Positions 25,566 to 36,209 are shown, counted from the first letter of the stretch. The stretch is 64,000 nucleotides of DNA from Candidatus Woesearchaeota archaeon (GCA_038868995.1 JAWCRZ010000002.1:24726-88725); one strand, 5' to 3'. Notes: generated by a model not told the origin, from the sequence alone. Program-made: numbers and translations.

Positions 25566-26006
25566 ATGGCATTCCACATTTCTCGCTGGCGTTATTGGTG
25601 GGCGTATCTTGTTGTTATTTTGCTTGTGCTGTATGCCATCTGGCTTACTGACCGTGCTGCCGATGTTGCTTCCTGGATTGTTGGCTCTGTTGCATTTGTT
25701 TTGTTTGTAATTATGGAGGTAATGATAAGACGCCGGCGTGTAATTATTAATGATGCGGTTGAAATAATCAGCGGGAATGTGCGCACGCGTGTTGATTTCA
25801 AAAAAATTGCCGGGGTTTCAGTGCAGCAGTCGGTTCTGCAGAATCTTTTGCGATATGGCACTGTAATCATCAAGCTGCCTGGAGAGGAGATTGTTCTTGC
25901 CGGCTTTGCAGAGCCGAACAGGATTAAGAGGCAGGTTGACAGCCATTTGCATGTAGTGCACGAAAAGCATCCGCATTATTCGCAAAAACCGCGTGTCGGG
26001 CCGTGA
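25566..26006 (+). CDS. Membrane protein with bacterial PH (bPH_2)-like domain
   Basis: Two TM helices then VSVQQSVLQNLLRYGTV. Confidence 0.75.
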   Translation: MAFHISRWRYWWAYLVVILLVLYAIWLTDRAADVASWIVGSVAFVLFVIMEVMIRRRRVIINDAVEIISGNVRTRVDFKKIAGVSVQQSVLQNLLRYGTVIIKLPGEEIVLAGFAEPNRIKRQVDSHLHVVHEKHPHYSQKPRVGP

Positions 26007-26274
26007 TTGTTTCTCATTGTTTGCGAAAAATTCTCTGTAGCACTGTTCTTTTCTTTTTAAATTTCTTTGCGCGCATAATCTCAAATTTTGGAAACTTTGT
26101 GGAACATTTCCGAAAATTATTCCGGGAATAAAAGTACTTACTTTTTCATTATTGTAAGTACTCTTTTCATTATCTTTGACATCCCTCGCCATTAATGGAA
26201 ATGCTTTTAAAAATTTCCATCTATTTCTTGTCAAGTTGTGCAAAAAGATTGTGGAAAATAGAGTAACGAATATA

Positions 26275-26787
26275 ATGGTTGTGTTCTGTGCTTTGATTGT
26301 TGTTATTGGCATTGTTCTCGTTTTGTTTTACAAGGGTAATATTACGGGCTTTCCAGTTGTCGAAGGGGATGTTTCTTCAATAGCTGCTTCTGGGATTACT
26401 GAGTTGGGCGTTATTGTCAATAATGCACTGCTGGATGCTGGAATGAATTATTCCGGAACCCTGCTGTTGTGATTACTGATGCCGGCGTGCCTTTGATTGA
26501 GTTTAATTTTGACTTTGATACAGGCGTGTTGAAGCTGGGTCAGGTTGTTGTCAAGGAATAGGCGCGCTGGCTGTTGCAGCATTCCAGGTTCAAAGACCTT
26601 CTACATAGAGCAGAATTTTATGGACGCTGTTTGCGTTCGTGATGTTGAGACAAGCACGGTTGGTGCATTGTCTGATGATTGCTCTTCTCCTCTTGAATTT
26701 GTTCTTTTGTGCGATGGCTCAACCATTGATGGTTATTATTGTGTTCCTGATGGTGAGAAATTTGTTGTTGGCGGCTTGATAATTTGA
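26275..26787 (+). pseudogene. Frameshifted surface-protein gene remnant
   Basis: TM plus ITGFPVV in one frame, PLIEFNFDF in another, KTFYI...VCVRD...C...C...YC in a third. Confidence 0.55.
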
Positions 26788-26792
26788 AAACT

Positions 26793-27599
26793 TTAGTGTC
26801 TGCTTATGTGCGATACGTTTACAGTTATTTCTTTTTCTCCGTTTTCTATTTTTCTTATGTTTTCAGGATTATAGAAAACAAGAAAATCAATATTGTCCAT
26901 TGAATAATTGTTTTTGTAGCTCTTGATGCTGACCGATTTGCGTGCGTGTTGTGCCATCATTTCACGCAAACTATAAATGCTGAAGGCCACCATATCACGC
27001 GCCCATGCTTCTTCTCTTGTGTGTGGAATTACTCTGTTGCGCTTGTGGTGCTGGTATACTTCCGAGAGAACGCGGACTGCACGTCCCTCATCGTAGTGCT
27101 CTGTGAGTGCTGGTGCAACGTGCTGCAACCAGTAATCGTGTTCTGTTGCAAATTCGAGCGTATGCGACTTGATTGTTGCAGTCACGCTTTTTTTTATTGT
27201 ATCAACATCAATATGTGTTGTCTGGTAGCTTACTGGTTTGATTTTGATGGCTCCCATGCGCGGCGTGTATTTTCTGCCTATGTAAGATGCGGCGCGTGAA
27301 AGCTCGTCTGGAATGGTTATTTTGGTCAAATCTTTTGCTGCATAGAATCCTGGAAAATTTGTTTCCTGATCTTTTGATTGTGCTGTCTTGCCACTGATTA
27401 GCACTTCAGGCCCATAATCAGTTTGGGAAACCGTTATGACGCATTCTTTTGCATTTCCCAAAAGCCGGTCAACCAGCTGCTCGTCCAGCCATCCGTTAAG
27501 GTGCAGTTGTGCTGCGATGACTTCAAGCGGTATTGGTTTTTGGAGTTTTTGTACGACTCGTACTGGCATTCTTTTCCTGAGTCCTTCGAGCGTTTCCAT
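26793..27599 (-). CDS. Hypothetical protein
   Basis: 268 aa ORF; no motif recognised. Confidence 0.7.
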   Translation of the reverse strand: METLEGLRKRMPVRVVQKLQKPIPLEVIAAQLHLNGWLDEQLVDRLLGNAKECVITVSQTDYGPEVLISGKTAQSKDQETNFPGFYAAKDLTKITIPDELSRAASYIGRKYTPRMGAIKIKPVSYQTTHIDVDTIKKSVTATIKSHTLEFATEHDYWLQHVAPALTEHYDEGRAVRVLSEVYQHHKRNRVIPHTREEAWARDMVAFSIYSLREMMAQHARKSVSIKSYKNNYSMDNIDFLVFYNPENIRKIENGEKEITVNVSHISRH

Positions 27600-27655
27600 G
27601 AAGGTGTAATTGCATTTGTCATATATAAACTTTTTGAAATTTTAATGACTTTGTA

Positions 27656-28276
27656 GTGACAACTAAACTATTATTTTCTATATCGAAACAAACCAAAATA
27701 TTAATAAACTGCCATCCACCGACTATTCAAATGCACAAAAAGAGGACTCATCATTACAAATCTCCAATAAAAGAATCCATAAAATTCCCATTTCGCGCAA
27801 TGCGCAGAATCTGGATGTATTACTGGAATTTTATACCAATACTCGGTTGGATTTTTCTTGGTAAATACACCATGGATGTCATTAATTCAAAGCACGAGCT
27901 TCCAAAATGGAAGATTGACTGGAAGCGTGGCTTTCTGTTTGCGCTTGCCTCTGCTGCCTGGTCCGTTGTCATTTATGTTCTTGGCTACTTGGACTACGGC
28001 TGGATTCCGGCGCTTTACATCAGTTTCAACCTGCCTGTTATGCTTGCCGCGTACGCATTAAGCGATGATGTCACGGACGCTTACAATATTATTGGCTCTA
28101 CAAAACTTATCCTGAGAAACTTCAAGTTGTTCCTGCTTCTCTGGTGGCGTGTTATCGTGACAATTTTGTTCTATATTGTCTGCACGATTCCAATAGTAAC
28201 TGCGATTGTCACTATTCCAGCCGCTTATTTCACTAACTGGTATCTGATTGCTCGTTTTTTAGAGGAAGCGCGTTGA
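27656..28276 (+). CDS. Membrane protein, DUF4013-like (true start probably 27731 or later)
   Basis: SIKFPF, IPILGWIFLGKY, ELPKW, multiple TM helices. Confidence 0.65.
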   Translation: MTTKLLFSISKQTKILINCHPPTIQMHKKRTHHYKSPIKESIKFPFRAMRRIWMYYWNFIPILGWIFLGKYTMDVINSKHELPKWKIDWKRGFLFALASAAWSVVIYVLGYLDYGWIPALYISFNLPVMLAAYALSDDVTDAYNIIGSTKLILRNFKLFLLLWWRVIVTILFYIVCTIPIVTAIVTIPAAYFTNWYLIARFLEEAR

Positions 28277-28450
28277 TTTATTACATAAAATCTGTAAAAG
28301 TTTGTCTTTTGTTTTAATTGGAAAAATTGGTTTTGTCGTGGCAATTGCATTACCTTCTTATCTCCAGAATCCGAAAATTTACTGATTTCTATATGTTTAT
28401 CTGGTAAGATGGCAATTCTTAAATTTAACGGAAGGTTAAAATAACATAAA

Positions 28451-29014
28451 ATGGTGCCAAGATTGATGAAATCAATCATTATGCTTCACGGCTTGCCAGG
28501 AACTGGAAAGTCCTTTATCGCTCAGAAGATTGCATCTTATTTTGATAATTCTGTTGTTCTGAAGACCGTACATTTTCGCGAGAATCTTGCAGATTCCTCT
28601 GCGGCGCGTTTTGACGAGACAAGGCCTGAAACTCGTGAGGAGAAGGACAGGACTTATCGGCAGTTGGTGGAATCAGCCCGGCAAGCGCTGGCTGCTGGAA
28701 AGGTGCCGGTTCTTGATGCAACGTTTCATAAGAAGTACAGGCGTGAATGGGTTTACGGGCTTGCTAAAGAGACGGGTGCCAATCTTGCCGTAATTTCTGT
28801 TGATTGCAATGCAGATGTTGTATTTGAGCGCTTGAAACGGCGTGAAGCGCAAATGAACGAGGATGCTTTCCTGAAATCGCGGGAGGCTTTTGAGATTATG
28901 AAACGGCAAGCCGAGCCTTTGGGAGAGGAAGTTGTGAATATCATGCGTATAAACACAGCACACTATGTTGATTTTAAGGAGTTGGTCGCATGGCTGAAGA
29001 ATATTTTATTGTGA
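28451..29014 (+). CDS. P-loop kinase (AAA_33 family)
   Basis: HGLPGTGKS, VLDATF, lid RLKRR. Confidence 0.85.
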   Translation: MVPRLMKSIIMLHGLPGTGKSFIAQKIASYFDNSVVLKTVHFRENLADSSAARFDETRPETREEKDRTYRQLVESARQALAAGKVPVLDATFHKKYRREWVYGLAKETGANLAVISVDCNADVVFERLKRREAQMNEDAFLKSREAFEIMKRQAEPLGEEVVNIMRINTAHYVDFKELVAWLKNILL

Positions 29015-29697
29015 GCTTTGATTTTGATGGTGTTCTGGCGCAGGGTTATAAAGTTAAAATGAAATATGCAAAGGAGTGGTTTGGTGTTGATTTGTCGCTT
29101 GACCAGACAAAGAAGAAAGGTCTTGAGGGTCTTATGAAGAATCTTGGCAAGAATATAAAGTACAGGGACCTTATGGACCCATTGAATGAGCATCACATAA
29201 TGGAATACGAGGTTCCAGCAGGTTGCATTGACGCATTGTCCCAGCTTTATTCGCAAAATTACAGGTTTGTTGTGATTAGTTCACGGAATGATCACAATTA
29301 TCCATACGCTCTTAAGTTTATTAAAGAAAAGTTTGGAGGATTAATCAAATATGGTCACTATACAAGAAATGAGCCGAAAGGCAGGTTTGTTAAGCGTCTG
29401 AAGCCTCGTGTTCACGTCGATGATGATATTAGCAAGCTTATTGAACTTTTTGAATGCCCTGTGGAACTTGTTTATTTTCGCCAGCCAGAAAATTCTGGTC
29501 AAGAAATTCCTGCCTTACATAAAAACAGGATTTGGCAAGCAGAATCCTTTGCCGATGTTAAAGTAATTGTTGAACGCATTAAATATTTGCATTCAGCAAT
29601 TTGCAGGAAAGAAAATATTCAGAATAAGTGGACCAATGTTGAAAGAATCTTTAAAGTTCTGCATTCATTATCTCCGAGCGAAATCAATGAACTTTGA
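28990..29697 (+). CDS. HAD-superfamily phosphatase, 5'(3')-nucleotidase-like
   Basis: FDFDGVL, ISSR, K, HVDD motifs I-IV. Confidence 0.8.
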   Translation: MAEEYFIVSFDFDGVLAQGYKVKMKYAKEWFGVDLSLDQTKKKGLEGLMKNLGKNIKYRDLMDPLNEHHIMEYEVPAGCIDALSQLYSQNYRFVVISSRNDHNYPYALKFIKEKFGGLIKYGHYTRNEPKGRFVKRLKPRVHVDDDISKLIELFECPVELVYFRQPENSGQEIPALHKNRIWQAESFADVKVIVERIKYLHSAICRKENIQNKWTNVERIFKVLHSLSPSEINEL

Positions 29698-29766
29698 AAA
29701 AAGCATAATTTGTCTTGTCAGCATAAACCTTTTATACCGTGCTTTGTAATTTCTTAAAAACAACTC

Positions 29767-29840
29767 GGGGTTGTGATCTAACTTGGTTATGATGCATGGT
29801 TTGGGACCATGTCGTCCCGGTTCAAATCCGGGCAGCCCCA
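29767..29840 (+). tRNA. tRNA-Pro(TGG)
   Basis: Acceptor GGGGTTG/CAGCCCC, anticodon stem CATGG/CCATG with TGG, T arm CCCGG-TTCAAAT-CCGGG. Confidence 0.95.
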
Positions 29841-30188
29841 TTTGTAAATGTCGGAGGCCCTTGCATGTAACAGTTCGGGGATTTGAACCTTGGTTCATGT
29901 CGGAAAGTTGAAAGAGTGATATTATGTTACTTCGGCTTTCCGAGCAACTTGAGAACTTGTAGTATCGTGATATAATTTTGAGCGAGTTCTCAAGTAATCC
30001 AAGCGCCATATTGCCCATTTTTCAGGTTTTGTCAAGTGTTTTTGGTTGCGTTGGAAAGTTCAAGCGACCCGCCATTCTTTTCTCTTGCTATGGAATAAAA
30101 TTGAACCTTGCAAAGTGAGACCCGCAGTGAACTATTCAATATTTGGTTGGAAATATTTATATACAGTATGATTAATATTTTGTTAAAA

Positions 30189-30947
30189 ATGAGGGGATTC
30201 GTATTGCTGGTGGCGTTGTTGTTTTTGCCTGTTGTTCACGCGCAGGTCTATCCGCCCTGCAATTATGATTCTGACTGCGAGTCGGGTTATTACTGTATTA
30301 ATAATCAGTGCAGGGAGCCCTGCCAGAGCGATGATGATTGTGATTCTCCTGCTACCTGCCAGCCGGATGGTTATTGCGGAGCTAATTTTATTGAGTGTGG
30401 CAATGGTGATATTGATCCCCCTGAAGAGTGTGATGACGGCAATAATGATGATGGCGACGGCTGTTCTGCCAATTGCATTAGGGAAAAAGACAGTGCTTTT
30501 GTCTTGTTTGACCTCGCTCAGGTTCATAACTTGTTTTTCATCAAGGTTATGGATTTGTTGCATATTGTTAAGGATGCTTTGTTCCAGTTGGAGGTTAAGA
30601 TTGTTGCCATTCAGCTCGCAAGCAATCCGTGCAATGAGCAACCGGTTATTTTCTGGTTCCCTTCCGGTTCTGGTCCTGGGCATAATCCGTATGGCAAGCT
30701 GAATGAGATTGACTGGATTATTAAATCTTTTATTCACACAATGGAGGGCGGCTTGTCAGCTAATGCGAACATGTGGAATGGCATTAGCAGTTCTGAGATT
30801 GATGCTGCTAAAGACATGCTTGCGCTTGCTGATGCTGCTATTGCCGAAGGGAATTTCCGTGAGGCATTTGAGTGCAAGTGTCTTGCTTTGAAGAAGATTA
30901 ACAACATTGAGGACACGACTGTTTCGTGCAATGGTGCTGAGGTTTGA
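30189..30947 (+). CDS. Secreted Cys-rich protein with Myxococcus-type Cys-rich repeat
   Basis: Signal peptide, CGNGDIDPPEECDDGNNDDGDGCSANC. Confidence 0.8.
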   Translation: MRGFVLLVALLFLPVVHAQVYPPCNYDSDCESGYYCINNQCREPCQSDDDCDSPATCQPDGYCGANFIECGNGDIDPPEECDDGNNDDGDGCSANCIREKDSAFVLFDLAQVHNLFFIKVMDLLHIVKDALFQLEVKIVAIQLASNPCNEQPVIFWFPSGSGPGHNPYGKLNEIDWIIKSFIHTMEGGLSANANMWNGISSSEIDAAKDMLALADAAIAEGNFREAFECKCLALKKINNIEDTTVSCNGAEV

Positions 30948-30957
30948 GGTGATAATT

Positions 30958-32274
30958 ATGAAATGGTTGTTTTTTTTGTTGGTGTTGAGCGTTGGTGTCA
31001 GCGCGGTTGTTAATGGTAATGATTTGCCAGTGAATCTTAATAAGATTGAATGCTCTCAATGGATTACGGGAACTACAGGGCTGAATCCTAATTATCTTCA
31101 GTATTTCTTGGAGAAGCGTCTTATTTTGTTTGGCAGTGAAGATTTAATTTTCCCTATTATAAATGCTGTTGCGTGTGACGCCACTGTCAACAGGCATTTT
31201 TTCGAGGTTAATGGTATTTTTGCAAATTGTGGTCCTGTTGAGGAGGGAAGTACGTATTTCCCTGATAACCCTTGCGCGTGTACTTTGACGAGTTCTTTGT
31301 CCCTTGAAGGCAACGATCCCAATTTGCTTGTCCATTTGACCAAGGAGGACAGGGAGATTATTCTTCCTAATGCTTGGGCTAGATTAAAAGTCGCGATGGA
31401 TTGCCTTATTGAAAATTATTCGCCTGAAGACGATGAGCCGGTGATTGTTGGTTCTGCCACTTGGTTTAATGATGTAAAGCCCTGTTATGTGAGTGCTATT
31501 AATATCTTGGGAATGTTGGAGAATATTTACAGCCGTACTCCTGAAGCGTTTTTCCTTGTGCAGAAATTGCAGGAGCTTGAGGTCGAGCTGATGCACAAGC
31601 TTGCTTTAGAGGACCAGAAGGCCAAGGCTGCTTGGATAGTTCTTCCGAACACATGCAATGTGTTTCCCATCAATGCTCATACTTCCGAAGGCATTTTGAA
31701 GAAGAACATATTCCTGAGTCCTAATGCGGCTATGACTTTCTGGAATGCTGTTTGGGGAAACTGTGGAGGAATAGGAAATTCTTTTGTTCAGTCGCAGATG
31801 GAGTGTTTTGAGCAGCATAAGATTGATATTTTGAATAATGCTTTGAAAGTTGTCTGCGACCCGCTTGATGGAGAAGAAGGTGATATTGAGGAAGTGTTCT
31901 TTTTGAGCCCGTTATTGTTAGGCAATTGTAATAACGCTGTAACAGACATGGAATGCCGGTGCAAGGATGCCTTTATCTCAGCCGCGTTGAATATTGACCA
32001 GTGCTTTAGTGATGGCGACTGTCCTGGTGGTGGTATAGATACAGATGCTGCAAGCTTGAACAGTATTAACACTTTGCAAAGTAATGGCTGCTTGCAATGC
32101 CTGGAAAGAAGTAATGCGCACGGTGGTGGTACGACATTTACTGGTTCTGGAAGTAGCGACTCGCCTACCGGCGCTTTTGCTTTTAGAGCTTCTGGGAATG
32201 GCGGCGCTTTTGCTTTGGTCTTGGCTGCTGCGTTGTTGTTTGCAGCATTGTTATTCATTTTGAGAAAGCGCTGA
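30958..32274 (+). CDS. Secreted Cys-rich protein with C-terminal TM anchor
   Basis: GAGGTGA SD, signal peptide, Gly/Ser linker, TM plus RKR tail. Confidence 0.78.
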   Translation: MKWLFFLLVLSVGVSAVVNGNDLPVNLNKIECSQWITGTTGLNPNYLQYFLEKRLILFGSEDLIFPIINAVACDATVNRHFFEVNGIFANCGPVEEGSTYFPDNPCACTLTSSLSLEGNDPNLLVHLTKEDREIILPNAWARLKVAMDCLIENYSPEDDEPVIVGSATWFNDVKPCYVSAINILGMLENIYSRTPEAFFLVQKLQELEVELMHKLALEDQKAKAAWIVLPNTCNVFPINAHTSEGILKKNIFLSPNAAMTFWNAVWGNCGGIGNSFVQSQMECFEQHKIDILNNALKVVCDPLDGEEGDIEEVFFLSPLLLGNCNNAVTDMECRCKDAFISAALNIDQCFSDGDCPGGGIDTDAASLNSINTLQSNGCLQCLERSNAHGGGTTFTGSGSSDSPTGAFAFRASGNGGAFALVLAAALLFAALLFILRKR

Positions 32275-35200
32275 TTTTCTTTTTTCAAGTTCTTTTTTCA
32301 GTTCTTCATTTTTGATTTTATCGCACAGTTCTATCCAATCTTCGTATAATGCATGAATTAATGGTTCATCTATTTGTTTTAGAAGGTTTTCCGCTTCTTG
32401 GTATAATTCCATTGCTTTTTGATAATCTTTGGTGTGCACGTATGTTCTTCCCAGTCCAAAACGCGCGGTTCCTCTTAGCTCTGTATGCCTTAATCTGTCG
32501 GCTATTTTTATGGCTTTTTCTGCTGCTTGTTTTGCTTGTAGGATTTCTCCTTTTTTAATCAGTGCATCGGCAAGATTGTTGTAAGCCAGTCCTAAAATGT
32601 AGCTGTCTCCGAGTGGTTCTGATAAAGCAATGGCTTCTTGTATTGTTTTTATTTTTTCTTCTCCTTTGAATTCCATTCCTGCGTTTACTTTGATAAGGCT
32701 TTCCAAATATTTGTTGCCTGTTTTTTTTGCAAGCACAACACCTGCTTCGTAATGAGGTTTTGACTTTTCTAAATCATTCAAATAAAGTAAAAAGGAGTTT
32801 ACGTGTAGTTTCAGCTGCAATTCATCTTTCAAACTTTCTGGCAGTTCATTTGAAATCTGAAATCCTGCTTCAAATGCTTGCAGTGCTTTTTGGTTTTTTC
32901 TTAAGCGTTGGTACGCAAGTCCTTTCGCGTTTTGCGCCAGCCCGTATATGTATTTGTGTTGTGTTGTCGGTGTTGTTATTTTGTTTATTCTTTGTTCAAG
33001 TTTTTCTCCATATGTTAATCCTGTTTTGTTTTGTTGGTTGTCCGTGAACCATTTTTGCGCTTTCCAGAGGTATTCTGTTGCTTTGTCGTCGTCATCTCCG
33101 TGTTCGTAGTCCCATGCGAGTGCTGTCAGTTGGTCTTCTCCGTCTCCGTATAGTTTTTTTCTGCTGTCGCCTATTTTTGTATGCGCCCGCGCCCTTGGTA
33201 TCGGCCTTATTGCTGTTTCGTATATTGCGTTTTTGACAAGGTTGTGCTTGAATTCTATTGTTCCGTTGTGTGTTCTTAGAAAGTCGGCTTTTTCCAGCGC
33301 GTGTATTGCATGGTCGATTTCTCCTTGTGCTTTGCCGAGTGCTTCTTCAAGCAGTCGTTTTGGGAATGTTTCTCCGAACATGCACGCTGCGTACTGCAGC
33401 ACTTCCTGTTGTTCCGGCTCTTTGATTTGTCTGTACCTTTCGAGCACGAGTTTTTCTATGCTGTCAGGTATGGTTATCTCGGCTGTTTTTATGAGCGTGC
33501 CGTTTTGTATGAACTGGTTGTTTAGGAGGTAGTTTACCACTTCTTCTATGTACAGCGGTATTCCTTTGCTTTGCTGGAGGACGAACCGGGCGAGTTTCTC
33601 GTCCGGGACTGCATTAATAAGGTGTTCTGTGAGTTGTGTTGTGCCTTGTTCGCTGAGTTCTCCGAGTTCTATTTTTTCCCCTGTTAGTATCTGTTCCGCT
33701 ATTTCCCTGAATTCTTTGTCTTTTGTTTTTTCTCTTGGCCTGTAGTTGGTGAGAATTCGCGCTTGCGGTAGTTGTTCGTGGAGCCATTGTATTGTTTGCA
33801 AGCTTTTTTCGTCTGCCCAGTGTATGTCGTTGAATATGAGCAAACTTTTTTCCTGTCCGATTAGCTCCAGCAGGAGTTTTCTCCTGGCTTCTTCGAGTTG
33901 TTTTCCTGTCTGGACTGGTTTTTCATAGCTGAGTCCGAGCCAGTGGTGGGCTATTCTTCTGTTTTCTTCATCTGTTATTTTTTCAAGTTTTTTTCTTGTT
34001 TCCGGGTCTGCTGTTGTTATGCCTAAAGCGTTTCTTACAAGGTCCTGGAGCAGGTATTCTGGAGTGTCTTTTGCCTGTTGTGCTGCTGATGCTCTGTAGA
34101 CGTTTTTGTTGATGTTTTGTATGTAGATTTCTTCTGTTTTTTTGGTCAGCTCTGTTTTTCCGTATCCCGCGTCTGCTATGATGTGCGCTATTTTTGATTC
34201 CTGGTTGATTATTTCTGTTAGTTTTTTTATCTCATTATCTCTGCCTACGAGCGTCTTCTTGGTTGCCCGTTTGGTTAGCCCTTTCGCCGGCTTTATTGGC
34301 CTGTAGACAGCTACCGGCTCTTCTATGCCTTTGAAGGGCATTTTGCCGATGTATTCCGCTCCTTCCGGTATTGTCATCAGCACCTGTTCATCGTCATCTA
34401 TTGCTTTTTTCATGAGCCGCGCTGCAAGGTTGACGTGATTGCCAAGCATTGTGAACGTTCTTCTTTGCCTTGTGCCTAGTGGCCCGACGTATACTTCACC
34501 GTGTGCCACTCCGATTCTGGGGCTTTTGTATTCGAGTTCTGCTTCTTCCAATAGTTCTTTTAGGTGTTCGTTTTGCCTTAGCCATTTGTCGAGCTGTACT
34601 GCTGTTTCTCTTGCTGCTTCGTAATGCTCGTGTTTTTCTCCTGCGTAGTCCACCCTGCTTCTGAAGCGCGCTATGAAGACCGTGCGGTACAGCTTGTCAA
34701 TTTCTCCGTTGAATTGTTTTTCAAGCTCTCTTAGTGTTTCAAAGTGTGTTTGGTATGCCTCGGTCAGTTTTTGCGGGTCTTCTTCGTGGTGTCTTGCCAA
34801 GCTCCTTAGCGTTGGGAGGTATCCGAACATGAGTGTTGCGTGTTCCATGCCTCCTGTTGTTTGGGTGAAGATTATTTCTCTTGTAAGTGGCGGGAAGAAT
34901 CCAAGCAGGTGCTTTATGCGAGCTTCGAGTTTTGGTATTTGTTCTTCATACCATTTTTTGTTTTCCGGGTGTTGTAGTGGCTGCGGTTGTTTTGTCGTTA
35001 CGCAAACGGGTGCTTCTTGGCTCAACTCGTATGTGTGTTCTGCAACCCGTCTGAATTGCAAAGACGGATCTTCAATGATTTGTCTCGTTGTTTCGTCAAT
35101 CCAGATTTTTCCCGGCTTTGATTCCTCCTCAAGTTTGTATGCGTGCTCCAGCGCTGGCCCTCCTACGACGTTTATTCTGCGCTGTCCGTCTTCCACCACG

Positions 35201-35628
35201 CCTGAGAATATGGTTCCTGTTGCCATGCCTTGCCTCACGCTGAGCTTTATTTCTTTCTTGTTGGCTGTTTCTTCCGGCAGGGCGAGTATTTCGCGCGCTA
35301 TTTCAGCCGCTCCATAGACCGCATTTGTGGGGTTTTTGAATACCGCCACTCCCGCGTCACCCTCGTAATACTTTATTGTACCTTCATATTGGTTTTCGAG
35401 CAGGTCGAAGATTGTGTATATCTCTCCTATTCTGTTTGTCCATGCGTCTGTCGCCATTTTTCCTTCCTGTAGTTTTCTTTGAGTTATTTCTGTGAATCCT
35501 TTGAGGTCGCTTTTCCAGACGGTTCTTTTGTTTACTCTTGCAGGTTCGTCTATGTCTTTTGGAAGGAAGCTTTCAAGGTAGCGTGCATTCCGAAGTAGTT
35601 TTTCATATTTTTGTTGGATGTCTTCCAT
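32251..35628 (-). CDS. Tandem class III adenylate/guanylate cyclase - STAND ATPase - TPR protein
   Basis: SDLKGFT and EGDA, second domain LGNHVNLAARL, LVGR, DAGYGKT, NDIHWAD, GIPLYIEE, FKHNL, TPR-like C-terminus. Confidence 0.88.
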   Translation of the reverse strand: MEDIQQKYEKLLRNARYLESFLPKDIDEPARVNKRTVWKSDLKGFTEITQRKLQEGKMATDAWTNRIGEIYTIFDLLENQYEGTIKYYEGDAGVAVFKNPTNAVYGAAEIAREILALPEETANKKEIKLSVRQGMATGTIFSGVVEDGQRRINVVGGPALEHAYKLEEESKPGKIWIDETTRQIIEDPSLQFRRVAEHTYELSQEAPVCVTTKQPQPLQHPENKKWYEEQIPKLEARIKHLLGFFPPLTREIIFTQTTGGMEHATLMFGYLPTLRSLARHHEEDPQKLTEAYQTHFETLRELEKQFNGEIDKLYRTVFIARFRSRVDYAGEKHEHYEAARETAVQLDKWLRQNEHLKELLEEAELEYKSPRIGVAHGEVYVGPLGTRQRRTFTMLGNHVNLAARLMKKAIDDDEQVLMTIPEGAEYIGKMPFKGIEEPVAVYRPIKPAKGLTKRATKKTLVGRDNEIKKLTEIINQESKIAHIIADAGYGKTELTKKTEEIYIQNINKNVYRASAAQQAKDTPEYLLQDLVRNALGITTADPETRKKLEKITDEENRRIAHHWLGLSYEKPVQTGKQLEEARRKLLLELIGQEKSLLIFNDIHWADEKSLQTIQWLHEQLPQARILTNYRPREKTKDKEFREIAEQILTGEKIELGELSEQGTTQLTEHLINAVPDEKLARFVLQQSKGIPLYIEEVVNYLLNNQFIQNGTLIKTAEITIPDSIEKLVLERYRQIKEPEQQEVLQYAACMFGETFPKRLLEEALGKAQGEIDHAIHALEKADFLRTHNGTIEFKHNLVKNAIYETAIRPIPRARAHTKIGDSRKKLYGDGEDQLTALAWDYEHGDDDDKATEYLWKAQKWFTDNQQNKTGLTYGEKLEQRINKITTPTTQHKYIYGLAQNAKGLAYQRLRKNQKALQAFEAGFQISNELPESLKDELQLKLHVNSFLLYLNDLEKSKPHYEAGVVLAKKTGNKYLESLIKVNAGMEFKGEEKIKTIQEAIALSEPLGDSYILGLAYNNLADALIKKGEILQAKQAAEKAIKIADRLRHTELRGTARFGLGRTYVHTKDYQKAMELYQEAENLLKQIDEPLIHALYEDWIELCDKIKNEELKKELEKRKSALSQNE

Positions 35629-35846
35629 ATAATTGTTGTACGGTGATTTTCATTTATTAAACTTTCTTAATTTATCCCTGTAAAGTGGTTAAAATTCTCA
35701 GTGTATTTTGCGCGCTATTCAGGTTATACTGACTGTGTTTTGTCGTTGTTGCTGGTTCAATTATGAGGCAGTCGATATGCCGTTAACCGGTGATGGCGCA
35801 ACCACAAATTTAGCAGGCGGTAAGTATTTTTTTTAATTGAATAATC

Positions 35847-36209
35847 CTATTCGTCAGGCACGCACATATCTGTCTCTGGATTAAAAACTCCGCAGACCTT
35901 GTCAAGTTGTCCTCTTCGCGTGCAGAGCGGGGTTTTGACTGCTGTTTCCTCATCTCCCTTGATGCCGCACAGGAATTTGCCCATTACTGTCACGCAAACG
36001 CAGTCCTGCGGCTTGAGCACGTTGTTTTCCAGTATGCACCTTACCTGTCCGGTTGTGCAGGCGGGGTCAATGCAGTAGCCCTGTTTGTAGACAAATCCTT
36101 CAGGGCAGCCGTTGATGATTTGCGCTCCTGTCATCTGCCGGATGGTGATTATTGCAAGAATGCCCACAAGTATGACTGCTGCCAGTATCACCCCTTTTTC
36201 AATGTTCAT
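35847..36209 (-). CDS. Small Cys-rich membrane-anchored protein
   Basis: N-terminal TM, MTGAQI, 10 Cys. Confidence 0.7.
   Translation of the reverse strand: MNIEKGVILAAVILVGILAIITIRQMTGAQIINGCPEGFVYKQGYCIDPACTTGQVRCILENNVLKPQDCVCVTVMGKFLCGIKGDEETAVKTPLCTRRGQLDKVCGVFNPETDMCVPDE

Noticed and set aside
26130..26175. Short AAGTACT...TTTTCATTAT direct repeat as origin or operator
   Set aside because: Only two imperfect copies in AT-rich DNA, no ORB motif or cdc6 nearby
30183..30737. Many long antisense ORFs (also 7515-8096, 19503-20222, 37296-38039)
   Set aside because: Shadows of well-supported genes on the opposite strand; no motifs
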